64,000 nucleotides of DNA from Candidatus Bathyarchaeota archaeon (GCA_963775895.1 CAVZKL010000023.1:1-64000); one strand, 5' to 3'; shown: positions 10,744 through 21,006, counted from the first letter of the stretch. Numbers and translations: made by a program. The notes: generated by a model not told the origin, from the letters alone.

Positions 10744-12318
10744 ATGACGTCAGTGAGTACTCATGTTGAAAAAACTGTCGAGTTCAAGATAAGTCGGTAC
10801 GACCCTGAAAAGAGCAGAAAGTACGTGTCAACATTCAAAGTGCCGATTCGGAAAGGAACAACCATGCTCGATGCACTCCTCTACATCAAGGACAATCTCG
10901 ACGATTCTCTGACGTTCAGGCAGTCCTGCAGAATGGGGATATGCGGCGACTGTGCAGTGAACGTTAACGGAAAGCCGATGCTTGCGTGTTACACGCAGGT
11001 GCTCGATCTTGACGCAGACTCGGTGCTTGTTGAACCGCTGTCAAACGCTTCTGTCATCAAGGACTTGGTAGTTGACATGCAACCCTTCTTCCAGACCTAC
11101 AAGAGAATCAAACCGTACTTGATAGAGCCTGAAGAAGATCTTAAGAAGCCCAGCGAGTTTGCCCAATCACCGACTGAGCTCAAGAAGTACTGGGATTTGA
11201 GCCTGTGCATAAAATGCGCGATATGCAATTCTGCCTGTCCTGCAATAATAGACGAGAAGTTTCTGGGTCCTTCTGCCTTGACGGCTACTTACCGTTGGGT
11301 GGCCGATTCGCGAGACAAGGGCAACGATGAGCGTTTGAAACCGATGACTGACAACGTGTGGCTGTGCACTCAGTGCAATTCGTGCACGCTCTTCTGTCCA
11401 AAGAAGCTGAGCTGTGCAGACTCGATAATCGATGATCACTGCCTGATAGTTGAAACTGGCAACATACCGCGGACCGTAAAAGACGTGCTTGAAAGCGTCT
11501 ATAAGTACCACAATCCGATGAGCACACCTCAAGCAAAGAGAATGGATTGGGCGAAAGACCTGAATGTGAAGACCTATCCGACCGTCACTAAGGCCGACGT
11601 GCTGCTCTTCACCTGCTGTTCAAACACGTATGACATCAGAAACCAGGAAGCAGCAAAGAGCTTGACTGAAGTTTTCAACAGGATGGGCGTGTCCTTCGCG
11701 ACGTTGGGTGCTGAAGAATGGTGCTGCGGAGATCACATGCTCAGAATGGGCGAAAAAGGACTTTTTGAAGAACTGGCTGAGCACAACATATCCATGTTCA
11801 AGCAGTTCGAAGCCAAAAAGATCGTGACCCTCTCACCGCACTGCTTCAACACTTTCAAGAATGATAAACCTTACAAAGACGCAGGCCTCAACGTCCAACA
11901 CTACACACAATTCTTGGCTGAAGCCGTGCAGAATGGCGCAATCAAACTGTCGAAATCCGTCAACAGGACGGTAGCCTACCACGACCCCTGCTTCTTAGGA
12001 AAACGCAACGATGTGTTCGACGCACCAAGACAGATACTGCGATCAATAAGCGGTTTGAAACTGGTTGAGATGAAAAGAACAAGGCAGAGTAGCTTCTGCT
12101 GCGGCGGAGGAGCTGGAAGAGTTTGGACGGAAGATGCATTGCCCGAAAAGAGGCCCAGCACCAACCGACTCCACGAAGCCGTTGAGCTCGAGGTAGACAC
12201 GATAGCCGTAGCATGCCCCTACTGCATAACCACCCTCGAAGACGCGGTCAAAGTGCTGGACATCGAAAACAAAATCGCCGTCAAGGACATACTCGAACTG
12301 GTGAAAGAAGCACTTTAG
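10744..12318 (+). CDS. SdhB/FrdB Fe-S subunit fused to two CCG domains (TfrB-like)
   Basis: SCRMGICGDC, CIKCAICNSACP, CTQCNSCTLFCP, then EWCCG, YHDPC, CCGGGAG, ACPYC. Confidence 0.85.
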   Translation: MTSVSTHVEKTVEFKISRYDPEKSRKYVSTFKVPIRKGTTMLDALLYIKDNLDDSLTFRQSCRMGICGDCAVNVNGKPMLACYTQVLDLDADSVLVEPLSNASVIKDLVVDMQPFFQTYKRIKPYLIEPEEDLKKPSEFAQSPTELKKYWDLSLCIKCAICNSACPAIIDEKFLGPSALTATYRWVADSRDKGNDERLKPMTDNVWLCTQCNSCTLFCPKKLSCADSIIDDHCLIVETGNIPRTVKDVLESVYKYHNPMSTPQAKRMDWAKDLNVKTYPTVTKADVLLFTCCSNTYDIRNQEAAKSLTEVFNRMGVSFATLGAEEWCCGDHMLRMGEKGLFEELAEHNISMFKQFEAKKIVTLSPHCFNTFKNDKPYKDAGLNVQHYTQFLAEAVQNGAIKLSKSVNRTVAYHDPCFLGKRNDVFDAPRQILRSISGLKLVEMKRTRQSSFCCGGGAGRVWTEDALPEKRPSTNRLHEAVELEVDTIAVACPYCITTLEDAVKVLDIENKIAVKDILELVKEAL

Positions 12319-12374
12319 GACAGCGCCCGACTGGCTTCCTTGTTCTGAAAGTTGGATTCCACGTACGCGCTCTA

Positions 12375-12680
12375 TCAACCGTGCCCACGAAGATCTTTGT
12401 GTTCAGCGTGTGCACGTGCCTCTTTGAATTTTCCCATGTCTGCTAGCCTTAGCGGAACATCCATGGCAAAAGTGTTTTCGCAGTACGGGCAAACGCAGGT
12501 AGCCTCGAGGATCAGGAAGTATTCTCCGTTCTTGAAGATCAGATGAGCAGGGAACATCTCTTTAGAACTGGAAGTCTTGGTGCTTACCGTTGTTTCAGCT
12601 GATGTTTCCAATTCAACCTCAGCTTGCTCCGTTATTTCCTTTCCACATTCGGGGCAGAAGATTTTTTCCAAGAACTTCAC
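12375..12680 (-). CDS. Small zinc-ribbon protein
   Basis: CPEC and CPYC pairs. Confidence 0.55.
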   Translation of the reverse strand: MKFLEKIFCPECGKEITEQAEVELETSAETTVSTKTSSSKEMFPAHLIFKNGEYFLILEATCVCPYCENTFAMDVPLRLADMGKFKEARAHAEHKDLRGHG

Positions 12681-12995
12681 AAGGATTTGCTAGCGATATT
12701 GACATCTTAAGTTTTGTGCTTGCAGCGCACGCACTAGGGATCACGCGCACCGTTTTGTCGGCTACGTTTCTCCCGCGCGCGCTGTCCCTTCAATGTCTCC
12801 GCATTCTCTTGGTTTCTTGGAGGTTCACACGGCTGGTCTTCGTAAACCACTTCGCTTTGATCATGCCTTGATTAGCTCGTGCTTCTTACAGTCTTCCTTG
12901 CGCGTACATATATTAGGTTTAATGTTTTTCCATAGAAAGACAAATTAATATCAAACCGTGCATGTTCATTCGCAGTCAAAATCGGAGGCAACACG

Positions 12996-14843
12996 TTGTT
13001 AGGTTATGCTGGACGTATATTTCACGTAGATTTGACTTCTGGAAAAACTCATGTTGAACCGTTGAATGAAGATTATGCCAAGAAATACCTCGGTGGAATA
13101 GGCCTCGGCATGCGTTTGTGGCTTGACCACTCCAAACCGGGCGTAGAGCCATTCAGTCCGGACAACCCGCTGATTCTGGCAACGGGTTCAATTGCCGGTA
13201 CGATGTGGCCGACGGGTGGAAACGGTCATGCCTTCGTTTCAAAGTCACCTGCGACGTACGGGGTTGGAGAGGCTAAGGCGCACGGGACCTTCGGCACTGA
13301 ACTGAAGAGAGCAGGGTACGACGCAGTCATTCTCACGGGTAAGTCTGAAAGACCCGTCTATCTGTGGATAGACGATGATTCAGTTCAGCTTCTGGACGCA
13401 TCACATCTGATGGGTAAGTCACCGCAGGACACTGAGGACGCGATAAGAGAGGAGCTGGGCGATTATTACATCAGAGTCGCGGCAATAGGCGTCGCAGGCG
13501 AAAAACTCTCGCGAATCGCATGCATCATCAACGACAAAACCCGAGCCTGTGGAAGAACTGGACTCGGAGCCGTGATGGGTTCAAAGAACCTCAAAGCGAT
13601 CGCAACACGGGGAACACACGATATCACGGTAGCCAAGCCCGATGAATTCATGGAGATGGTCAAGGAATTTCATGAGAGAATGAAAGGTCCAGCGGCACAG
13701 AAATATCGTACTCTGGGCACTGTCGAGAACGTTCTCGTTCACAATTCACTTGCTTGTATGCCGACTAGAAACTACAACAACGCTTCTTTTGAGGGAGCAG
13801 AAAAGGTCAGTGGAGAAAACCTCAACGAGAAATTCGTGACAAAGATCATAGGGTGCAGTTCTTGCGCCATGCGGTGTGAACACATGTGCGTGGTCTCTGA
13901 GGGTCCGTACAAAAACACGATGACGCGAATGGAATACGAGACGTTATGGGCTCTCGGGCCGTTCTGCGGCGTGGACCGCTTAGATGCAATAATCAAAGGG
14001 ATGGAACTTTCAAACTATTATGGAATAGACGCGATCAGCGCAGGCGTCATCGCCGGGTTTGCGATGGACTGCTACGAAAGGGGTATACTGACACAGAAAG
14101 ATCTGGATGGAATAGACGCGCGTTTCGGTAACGCTGAAGCCATGGTGCAACTCGTTGAAAAGATTGGAAAGCGAGAAGGCATAGGCGACATTTTGGCTGA
14201 CGGCGTGAAAGTGGCCGCCGAAAAGATAGGCAAAGACTCAGACAAACTGGCTGCGCACATCAAGGGATTGGAAGTCACAGGCTACGATCTTAGATGCCTT
14301 AAAACGGCAGCGCTAGGTTTTGCAGTATCATTCCGTGGAGCGGACCATAACAGACACGGAGCGTACGCCTTTGATGTCAAAGGAAAAGTCAACCGCCTCA
14401 TCGCCGAAAAGGGCAGAGGAAAACTCGTCAGAGGCATGGAAGACTCGTACGCGGTCATTGATTCGCTCGTGGTCTGCAAGTTCTCCAGAGGCACCTACTA
14501 CAAGGAATTCGAGGACATGGCCAAACTCTACAGCGTGGTCACCGGCTATAACATGACGCCGGAAGAGTTGAAACTGGCTGGAGAAAGAATAAACAACATT
14601 GGCAGACTCGTGAACATTCGAGAAGGATTGGGCAGAAAGGATGACACACTTCCCTACAAAGTGATGCACCTTCCAATCCCAGACGAAGGTCCTTCAAAGG
14701 GGGCGTTCGTCACGCAAGAAGAACTGGATCTGCTCTTGGATGACTACTATGAAGCCCGCGGTTGGACAAAAGAAGGAATACCCAGCGCTGAGAAGCTCAA
14801 AGAACTCGGAATGGAAGATCTGATGTCGATAATCAAGAAGTGA
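12996..14843 (+). CDS. aor: Aldehyde:ferredoxin oxidoreductase (tungstopterin AOR/WOR family)
   Basis: KSPAT, GRTGLGAVMGSKNLKA, CSSCAMRC, EYET, GIDAIS, LDDYYEARGW. Confidence 0.93.
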   Translation: MLGYAGRIFHVDLTSGKTHVEPLNEDYAKKYLGGIGLGMRLWLDHSKPGVEPFSPDNPLILATGSIAGTMWPTGGNGHAFVSKSPATYGVGEAKAHGTFGTELKRAGYDAVILTGKSERPVYLWIDDDSVQLLDASHLMGKSPQDTEDAIREELGDYYIRVAAIGVAGEKLSRIACIINDKTRACGRTGLGAVMGSKNLKAIATRGTHDITVAKPDEFMEMVKEFHERMKGPAAQKYRTLGTVENVLVHNSLACMPTRNYNNASFEGAEKVSGENLNEKFVTKIIGCSSCAMRCEHMCVVSEGPYKNTMTRMEYETLWALGPFCGVDRLDAIIKGMELSNYYGIDAISAGVIAGFAMDCYERGILTQKDLDGIDARFGNAEAMVQLVEKIGKREGIGDILADGVKVAAEKIGKDSDKLAAHIKGLEVTGYDLRCLKTAALGFAVSFRGADHNRHGAYAFDVKGKVNRLIAEKGRGKLVRGMEDSYAVIDSLVVCKFSRGTYYKEFEDMAKLYSVVTGYNMTPEELKLAGERINNIGRLVNIREGLGRKDDTLPYKVMHLPIPDEGPSKGAFVTQEELDLLLDDYYEARGWTKEGIPSAEKLKELGMEDLMSIIKK

Positions 14844-14853
14844 GGATGAGAAA

Positions 14854-15360
14854 ATGGTGAAAATACACGACAGAAAATTCGTTTCATCAGACCCTAACAA
14901 GTGTGTAGGATGCCAGATATGCGAATATGCATGCTCAATGACCAGAGATAAAGTGTTCAACCCGCTGAAATCTGGAATACGCGTCGTCAGAATAAATCAA
15001 CTCATAAACATGGCAGTCACATGCAGACTCTGCGAAAACCCTGCATGCGTTACCGCGTGTCCGCGAGACGCTCTGACACAGTCGGAGGAAACAGGACTAA
15101 TATCAGTCGACAAGGACAAGTGTAACGGTTGCGGATGGTGCATCGAAGCTTGCGATTACGGGGCTATCATGCTGCACCCAGACAAGAAGGTGGTCTACGT
15201 CTGCGATTTGTGCAAAGAAAAAGGCGAGCCCCAATGCATTAAATGGTGCCCTGAAGAAGCCCTGGAACTTGTCACAAGCGACGTATTGGCGCAGAAGGCA
15301 AGAATAACAGCCGTGAAGAAACTATTCCAGGAAGCATCCAAGACACCCAAGAAACAGTAG
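14854..15360 (+). CDS. Poly-4Fe-4S electron-transfer subunit of the AOR
   Basis: Four CxxC-type cluster motifs; 10 bp after aor. Confidence 0.88.
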   Translation: MVKIHDRKFVSSDPNKCVGCQICEYACSMTRDKVFNPLKSGIRVVRINQLINMAVTCRLCENPACVTACPRDALTQSEETGLISVDKDKCNGCGWCIEACDYGAIMLHPDKKVVYVCDLCKEKGEPQCIKWCPEEALELVTSDVLAQKARITAVKKLFQEASKTPKKQ

Positions 15361-15670
15361 TAGAATACCGCGCGCCTCAGGATTTCCTCAAAACTGGCTC
15401 GGGGGTTTATTCTTCCTCTTTGACCTACCCTAAATTCCTAACTCTTTCACTGCTATGCGCGCGCGTCGTTTTCTCTTCATGCGAGATAACTGTCTTCGAC
15501 ACCATAGATGCTGGGTTTTTCGGCCATTTCGAAACTGTTGGGCAATGATTTCCGTGATTTTAGTTATTAGTGGTGCGCCCTGAAAACCAGTGATTATGCA
15601 GAAAAGAAACGCCTCCATCGTCACGAAAAAATGCACGCGACAATAGATCAGAAATGGCGTTAGGCAGTAG

Positions 15671-15803
15671 TGGTGGGGTCGCTGGGATTTGAACCCAGGA
15701 TCGCCAACGCCCCAGGCTGGTATACTAAACCATTCTAGGAAACGGGAAACCATGATCACCAACAAAATGACCGAAATCCCGCTTCAAGCTATACGACGAC
15801 CCC
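15671..15803 (-). tRNA. tRNA-Pro(GGG) with encoded CCA and a 54-nt D-loop intron (15733..15786, position 17/17a)
   Basis: Reverse complement folds: acceptor GGGGTCG/CGACCCC, D stem GTAT/GTAT, anticodon arm CCAGC-CTGGGGC-GTTGG, T arm CTGGG-TTCAAAT-CCCAG, ACCA end. The insert forms hairpin GAAGCGGGA/TCCCGTTTC with a CTT bulge. Confidence 0.92.
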
Positions 15804-16774
15804 AACAACCCGAAACAACACCACAACAACTAAATAAACTATCTCAAAACCCCAAAGGAATACGAACGCCAAGATCAGAACCCGCAAACCACACCGAAGA
15901 AATCCAAAAGACTCTAGCATTAATGACCATACGCGGAAAAGCCAAAAGCACAATCAACAACGCAAGACGAAAACTAAACCATCTATCCCGTGTATGCAAT
16001 CTGTCAGACCCTAACGACGTAACCGAAGCCATTGGCTATTCAAGCATTGACAACTCAAGCAAAAACTCATACTCATACTTTTACGCATGGTACGCCAAAG
16101 CGAACCAAATCACGTACCAACGCCAACACTTCAAATACGAACTACCCGCACCCATAATGCCAACGACAAGCCAAGTCAACCGCATCATATCAGCCACAAC
16201 AACAAAATACGCAACAATCTTCAAGCTAATGACAAAAACCGCCGTCGAACCAGAAGAATTACACCAAACCCACCGAAACCAATTCGACCCCACCCAAAAC
16301 GTAATCACGATCAAAGGTCTAAAAGGTCACAGTAGCCAAGCGTACCCACTAATCGAAAACGTCGCCCTAATGCTCAAAGCCTACCTAGCAAAATACACCG
16401 AAGAATACCCCTTCCCATCAGCCAAATCAATGTCCGAAATGTGGCAACGAGCAAGAACCAAAGCCGCCGCCAACCACAACGACCCAACACTCTTAAAGAT
16501 TCCACTCAAAAACCTACGCAACTATTCAGGCGCACAACACTACCTAAACATGGAACGCCCCGACCCCATAGACACAATGCGACACTTCCGACACAAACGC
16601 ATGGAAACAACAATGCACTACCTACGAAACATGGTAATCGACCAAGACCCACACTACGACGTAAGAGAAGCCACAACACCCGAACAATGCAAAGAACTGG
16701 GACAAAAAGGCTACACCAAATTCGACGAAATAGACGGAAAACACCTATACCGAAAACGACAACAAACAGACTAA
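15752..16774 (+). CDS. Tyrosine recombinase/integrase A (int-C; frame open from the att core at 15719)
   Basis: KGLKGH, KNLRNYSG, FRHKRMETTMHY catalytic region; overlaps tRNA antisense. Confidence 0.85.
   Translation: MITNKMTEIPLQAIRRPQQPETTPQQLNKLSQNPKGIRTPRSEPANHTEEIQKTLALMTIRGKAKSTINNARRKLNHLSRVCNLSDPNDVTEAIGYSSIDNSSKNSYSYFYAWYAKANQITYQRQHFKYELPAPIMPTTSQVNRIISATTTKYATIFKLMTKTAVEPEELHQTHRNQFDPTQNVITIKGLKGHSSQAYPLIENVALMLKAYLAKYTEEYPFPSAKSMSEMWQRARTKAAANHNDPTLLKIPLKNLRNYSGAQHYLNMERPDPIDTMRHFRHKRMETTMHYLRNMVIDQDPHYDVREATTPEQCKELGQKGYTKFDEIDGKHLYRKRQQTD
15831..15838 (-). promoter_or_regulatory. TATA box for tRNA-Pro, inside integrase A coding sequence
   Basis: TTTATTTA 28-35 nt upstream of tRNA G1; equivalent TTTATAAT at the same offset in copy B (21066-21073). 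Confidence 0.55.
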
Positions 16775-16969
16775 TGCTATTCTGAAAACGCAAATAACTC
16801 CCCTCTTTTTTTAAAAAAAAGAAACTCGGAATCCCTGAAGCCTCTCAGTCTCAAGCCTAACCATCATGTCACGCTCACATCACGCTCACACTCCAACCCA
16901 CAAAAACAAAACAACAAATGGCGTCTCTTTATTTTCAAGGATGAGACTTACCCGCGCACATTTGCTGAA

Positions 16970-17470
16970 TCAAGGCAGTTTCAAGATCGCTACGCCAAGG
17001 AGAATTAGAACCCAGAATAAGTAGAGCCAGACTTTCCGTCGTCCCCACTCGTACCATTTCTTGCCGTGCAACCTAGCTCTCATGTCAAAATGAATGTTAA
17101 GCCTAGGGTCTGCTTCTCTCTCCATTTTTCTCAGTTTTGAGTAGCACATATCGTCAATCTTGTTCGTAGTCATATCAAAGCCTAACAGCCAAATACTGTA
17201 AATCGCCAAGGAAGCAGTAACAACAGCTATTCTGATGTTAAAGTCTATTGTTCCTCTCGACACCAGCTCTGCAAATGAAGCTAGAAGGACAACCGAAGCA
17301 GTAATCAGAATTGTTCCACTGACTATACTCATATTGTCTCTGGAACGAATGTTTGCGCTAATCTGCTCGTACTGAATCTTGAATGCTTCTGAAGAAGTCA
17401 ATGCTACTAGATTCGTTCTATACTCTTTTTTCTTGATCAGCCTTATGCGTTGAATCCTTGGAATCTTCAA
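16970..17470 (-). CDS. Multi-TM cargo protein of element A (true start probably ~17570 via an indel)
   Basis: Three hydrophobic helices; upstream frame encodes a further TM (ASCLVIIAGIIISAFYL). Confidence 0.55.
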   Translation of the reverse strand: MKIPRIQRIRLIKKKEYRTNLVALTSSEAFKIQYEQISANIRSRDNMSIVSGTILITASVVLLASFAELVSRGTIDFNIRIAVVTASLAIYSIWLLGFDMTTNKIDDMCYSKLRKMEREADPRLNIHFDMRARLHGKKWYEWGRRKVWLYLFWVLILLGVAILKLP

Positions 17471-17613
17471 TTTTGTCGTAATGCAAATAGAAAGCAGATA
17501 TTATGATTCCTGCGATAATTACTAGACAAGATGCAGACATTGCCAGATGTTTTCTCCGAACAATTTCATGTTGAACTCAGATTATAAACCTTGTGAAACC
17601 CTAGCCGTCTATA

Positions 17614-17656
17614 GCTCGTGAGCCTTCGGCTCGCTCGCACGTTCCAGACGATACGC
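17614..17656. repeat. ~44-bp hairpin-containing repeat, copy 1
   Basis: gctcgtgagcc-ttc-ggctcgctcgcacgttccagacgatacgc; near-identical to 23259-23302. Confidence 0.85.
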
Positions 17657-17762
17657 CAAGAAACCGACAAACTAACGAAGATTAATGTCCAATTAGAAAT
17701 TCTGGTGTGCGCGCCATTGTTAGACCCCTTGTCAAACTGGCACGCGTACGAAAAGTGTTATA

Positions 17763-18437
17763 ATGCTCAATGAGACTAGAAAGTTCGTTGGAGGTCACAC
17801 CCCTTTGACGGAAGATCAGAATCCGCATAGTCTCTTAGACCTTCAACCCAAACTGGATGAAGTGAAAGCTTTTAGCAATATTATACCGCACGAACTTGAA
17901 ATGGAACTAAAGAAAGCAGTGAAAATTGGAGACTTGGAGAAAACAAAGAGCATAATTGATGCCAAAATTCAACCAATCATTGATGACTACATGGTGAAGC
18001 TTCGCGGTCCGCCACTAGAAGGAGAACGAATTCTATGGCAACACATCGTCACCAAAGGCATATTCAACAAGGAAATTGTGGAGGTGTGGCGAATAACCGA
18101 CTTCAGAGCATTTCTAGGGGTTCCAAAGACAAAGACTTACATGGCTCCAAAGGTGGCTGTTGATGTGACGGTTTCAGGTGTCGGTCTAGCCGTGTGCGAC
18201 ACAGTTGTTATGAATCAACATCGCAAATCCCAAGGAAGTCGCGTGGGAACTTTCACAGGAGTTAGTGGAGGAGGATTTGTTGGAACGGGTGTGAGTTCAA
18301 GCGAAAGCACAAGCTCCACTTACGGAGATTTGATCTTCTTATTTAAAGGCAAGGAGGTTTTCCGTTTCAGAAGCATAAGTGACCCTAATGGTGTCCGCCG
18401 AATGATAGAGGCGATAAAGAGGGAAAAGAAAACCTGA
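17763..18437 (+). CDS. Hypothetical protein with PH-like C-terminal domain
   Basis: GERILW...WRITDFR...YGDLIF...FRSISDPNGVRRMI resembles bacterial/archaeal PH domains. Confidence 0.5.
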   Translation: MLNETRKFVGGHTPLTEDQNPHSLLDLQPKLDEVKAFSNIIPHELEMELKKAVKIGDLEKTKSIIDAKIQPIIDDYMVKLRGPPLEGERILWQHIVTKGIFNKEIVEVWRITDFRAFLGVPKTKTYMAPKVAVDVTVSGVGLAVCDTVVMNQHRKSQGSRVGTFTGVSGGGFVGTGVSSSESTSSTYGDLIFLFKGKEVFRFRSISDPNGVRRMIEAIKREKKT

Positions 18438-18459
18438 TAACCCCTAGCTCGCGCTACAG

Positions 18460-18837
18460 CTACGGTTCACTCAAATACGTAAAATGACCATCAGGCATCC
18501 TAATACGAATGTTCAAATAGTCATCAACAAAATCAGCGCAATACTCTTTAGTGATCGAATGACCCTTACCGCAAACCCAAGTGTTGATGTCACGACGAAA
18601 GACCAAATTCTTGCAGACCCCGCAGACATATTGCGACCAACGCTCAAACGACTTCTCAGTAAAAGTCCTGAACCTCTCGCGCGCGCGCCGCTCACGATTA
18701 CTCTTACCTCTAAAAGCGACCTTGCTCTTAGCTTCAAGGGAGTCAATCAAACTATAGTCACCAGAACGAACCTTTGCAAGCCGTTTCTTACCCAAAGCGA
18801 ACACCTCTAAAGTGGTAGTAGTGGTGATAAAACTCAC
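18460..18837 (-). CDS. Small basic Zn-finger protein downstream of rep
   Basis: CGVC...CGKGH...C; 12 bp from the rep stop codon. Confidence 0.5.
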   Translation of the reverse strand: MSFITTTTTLEVFALGKKRLAKVRSGDYSLIDSLEAKSKVAFRGKSNRERRARERFRTFTEKSFERWSQYVCGVCKNLVFRRDINTWVCGKGHSITKEYCADFVDDYLNIRIRMPDGHFTYLSEP

Positions 18838-18849
18838 TCATAAAAATTC

Positions 18850-19845
18850 TCACTCCCCCTCAACATGCGGAAGAGTAAAATTCTTCATAAACCCACGTTC
18901 ACCACGGTTAGAAACAACCCGAACGCCAGCAGGCAACGAACTATCATGCAAGTCGCCCTTACAAACTGCACACAACGGAACGTTAGGGCGTTTCACAGTC
19001 TTAAATTTCTTCTTCGACACGTTGCCCCACCAACGGATAATCTGAAAATTCTTAGCCCCCTCCAAGTAGCCCGAATGTTCAAGCTGATACCAGCACGTTC
19101 CAAAGAGAGACTCGCGCTTTTCAGCAACGCCTAACTCGTTGGTAGCCAGCTTCACAATCCAGCCGTCAGAATCGTACATCCTCCGAGTTAAAGCCTCAAA
19201 ACCGTCGCAAGCCAGATCGAGACAAACCCCGTTTACGTTCTTCGAGCACTCACGACACCTGTATCCCCCCTGAATGTAGCCCAAGCAGTGAAAGTGAAAC
19301 CCCTTAACCAGATCGCGTTTCTCCTTGTCTTTACGGAAAGGATGAACAATACTCGCACAGCCTACGATGCCCCTACGCCTAAGCGCAGACCAGCACAATC
19401 CACACATGACATCGTAAGACGTATGATACAACTCTTTAGGCATAGACGCAGAAATATGTTCAACCGACGAAACAGGCAAACCAGCAACGTTCACAGCGGT
19501 CAAAAAACGCGATTCCATGCCAAAAGCACGCCTCACAGCCCAACCGTATTTCCAGCAAGTATGACAACGATAGCTCCAACAGCTAGTAACGCTATTATGG
19601 TAGAAATCGCGCCCTCCAATCGAACCATGCAAAGACGTTTCAGAACACCGTTGAAACTTCCTATGTTTGCCGCAAAACGAATTAGTTGCAGGCTCACGAC
19701 CCACAATTTTCCAATCACCACGGAAGCCATCGCGCAAAGGAAAACTGTCATACTGAGTAATCCATTCTGTCTCCTGCTTTCCGAACCCAACAGCCTCCAG
19801 AAATTTAGCATCACGTCTACTAACGTCATTATTCTCAACCATCAA
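18850..19845 (-). CDS. HUH-superfamily rolling-circle replication initiator (SNJ1 RepA-like motif order)
   Basis: N-terminal Zn motif (C..YRCHTC), motif I HISASMP, HPFR, motif II FHFHCLGY, motif III WYQLEHSG, C-terminal CAVC. Confidence 0.7.
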   Translation of the reverse strand: MMVENNDVSRRDAKFLEAVGFGKQETEWITQYDSFPLRDGFRGDWKIVGREPATNSFCGKHRKFQRCSETSLHGSIGGRDFYHNSVTSCWSYRCHTCWKYGWAVRRAFGMESRFLTAVNVAGLPVSSVEHISASMPKELYHTSYDVMCGLCWSALRRRGIVGCASIVHPFRKDKEKRDLVKGFHFHCLGYIQGGYRCRECSKNVNGVCLDLACDGFEALTRRMYDSDGWIVKLATNELGVAEKRESLFGTCWYQLEHSGYLEGAKNFQIIRWWGNVSKKKFKTVKRPNVPLCAVCKGDLHDSSLPAGVRVVSNRGERGFMKNFTLPHVEGE

Positions 19846-20063
19846 AAAGCACCTTGAAGCGCTTCGAGAAAGTTCACGCTTTCAAACTCCTTATCTTATG
19901 TCATATCACTATGGGCTTCGTCTTAAATCAACTTTTCTTATATATTATATAACCACACGGATAGTGTACAAGACGCTTGGCAGCATGTATCCATACACTA
20001 GAAACGCACCTATGTTGCACACATTAACACGTTCAAAGCAAAACGCCACCTGCCACGCACGAA

Positions 20064-20471
20064 CTACGAGAACTCGCCTTTAGCCATCGTGACACAAACT
20101 AAAGCCAGAACTGAAAGAACCATCGTTGACAGCCCAAACAGCAGACCTCCGCCCAGTAGCCCACCCAACCCAAATGATATGTCAAAGGCTGCCATCGTCA
20201 CAAATCCAGAGAGCAACGTTAAACTCGTTCCCATAATCGAAAATCGAAAGTGTCTTCTCTCCATTGAGAACATACCTGCTTTCAAGCCTCCTGCAAAGCA
20301 GACTATGCCCAAGAGTCCCACGTACATCCAAAGATAGTCAGCGCTCGCGCCATGAAAGCTGTAATAGGTCACAGACCCCATGATTTCAACTATGCCAACG
20401 CAAAGGGACACAAAAGCGGCAATGATCGTCAGAACACCTGCGGCCGTCGGATAAGCTGTTTTATACATCAA
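20064..20471 (-). CDS. 4-TM membrane protein
   Basis: Four hydrophobic helices; paralog of 57670..58086. Confidence 0.65.
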   Translation of the reverse strand: MMYKTAYPTAAGVLTIIAAFVSLCVGIVEIMGSVTYYSFHGASADYLWMYVGLLGIVCFAGGLKAGMFSMERRHFRFSIMGTSLTLLSGFVTMAAFDISFGLGGLLGGGLLFGLSTMVLSVLALVCVTMAKGEFS

Positions 20472-20853
20472 TGCAAGCTCACCATTGCCTTGCTCTTATT
20501 TACCCCCAACGAAGACATTAGCCCACCGAAATTAAATTCACTGTTTAACCTAATAATCTTTCATTCAAGCCCAATCTGCCAGACATGAGACACCATTCTG
20601 AAGTGCTAGAGCGCAACCGTGCGTCTTTCCCTTAAGCCTCGACGCGCCGACAACTTGTATTCAGAACGGTTTCTCATACTCTTCCATAAAAGTTCGCCTC
20701 GCTAAAAAACTTATTGTCATGGAAAAGCGAAGTGTTTTCCACCGCTCTCCACTAGCTTGACATAAGTTTTTTCCTTTTCTCTCCACCAGAAAAGTCGCTC
20801 GGCTCACACAGGCGAAACCGAAATATGAATCAGTCATCAAAGGAAATGAGACC

Positions 20854-21006
20854 ATGAACAACGAACAGAACCAGCGGGAGAGCCAGAAGACTATGATAGA
20901 AGCAACCCCCACAGAAACAAAAAAAGAAATAATAAAAATGCAAAACGTAAAGACTGGTATACTAAACCATTTAGGTGAAAGTGACCCAATATGCACAACG
21001 AATTGA
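20854..21006 (+). CDS. Putative int-N fragment of split integrase A (50 aa)
   Basis: ATG 20854 reads MNNEQ...KTGILNH through the att core in the same codon phase as integrase A (AGILNH). Confidence 0.45.
   Translation: MNNEQNQRESQKTMIEATPTETKKEIIKMQNVKTGILNHLGESDPICTTN

Larger units (their letters stand above)
15717..20971. mobile_element. Integrative element A (~5.24 kb) in tRNA-Pro: integrase + HUH Rep + cargo
   Basis: 18-bp direct repeat ctggtatactaaaccatt at 15717-15734 and 20954-20971 flanks the integrase and Rep genes. Confidence 0.8.
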
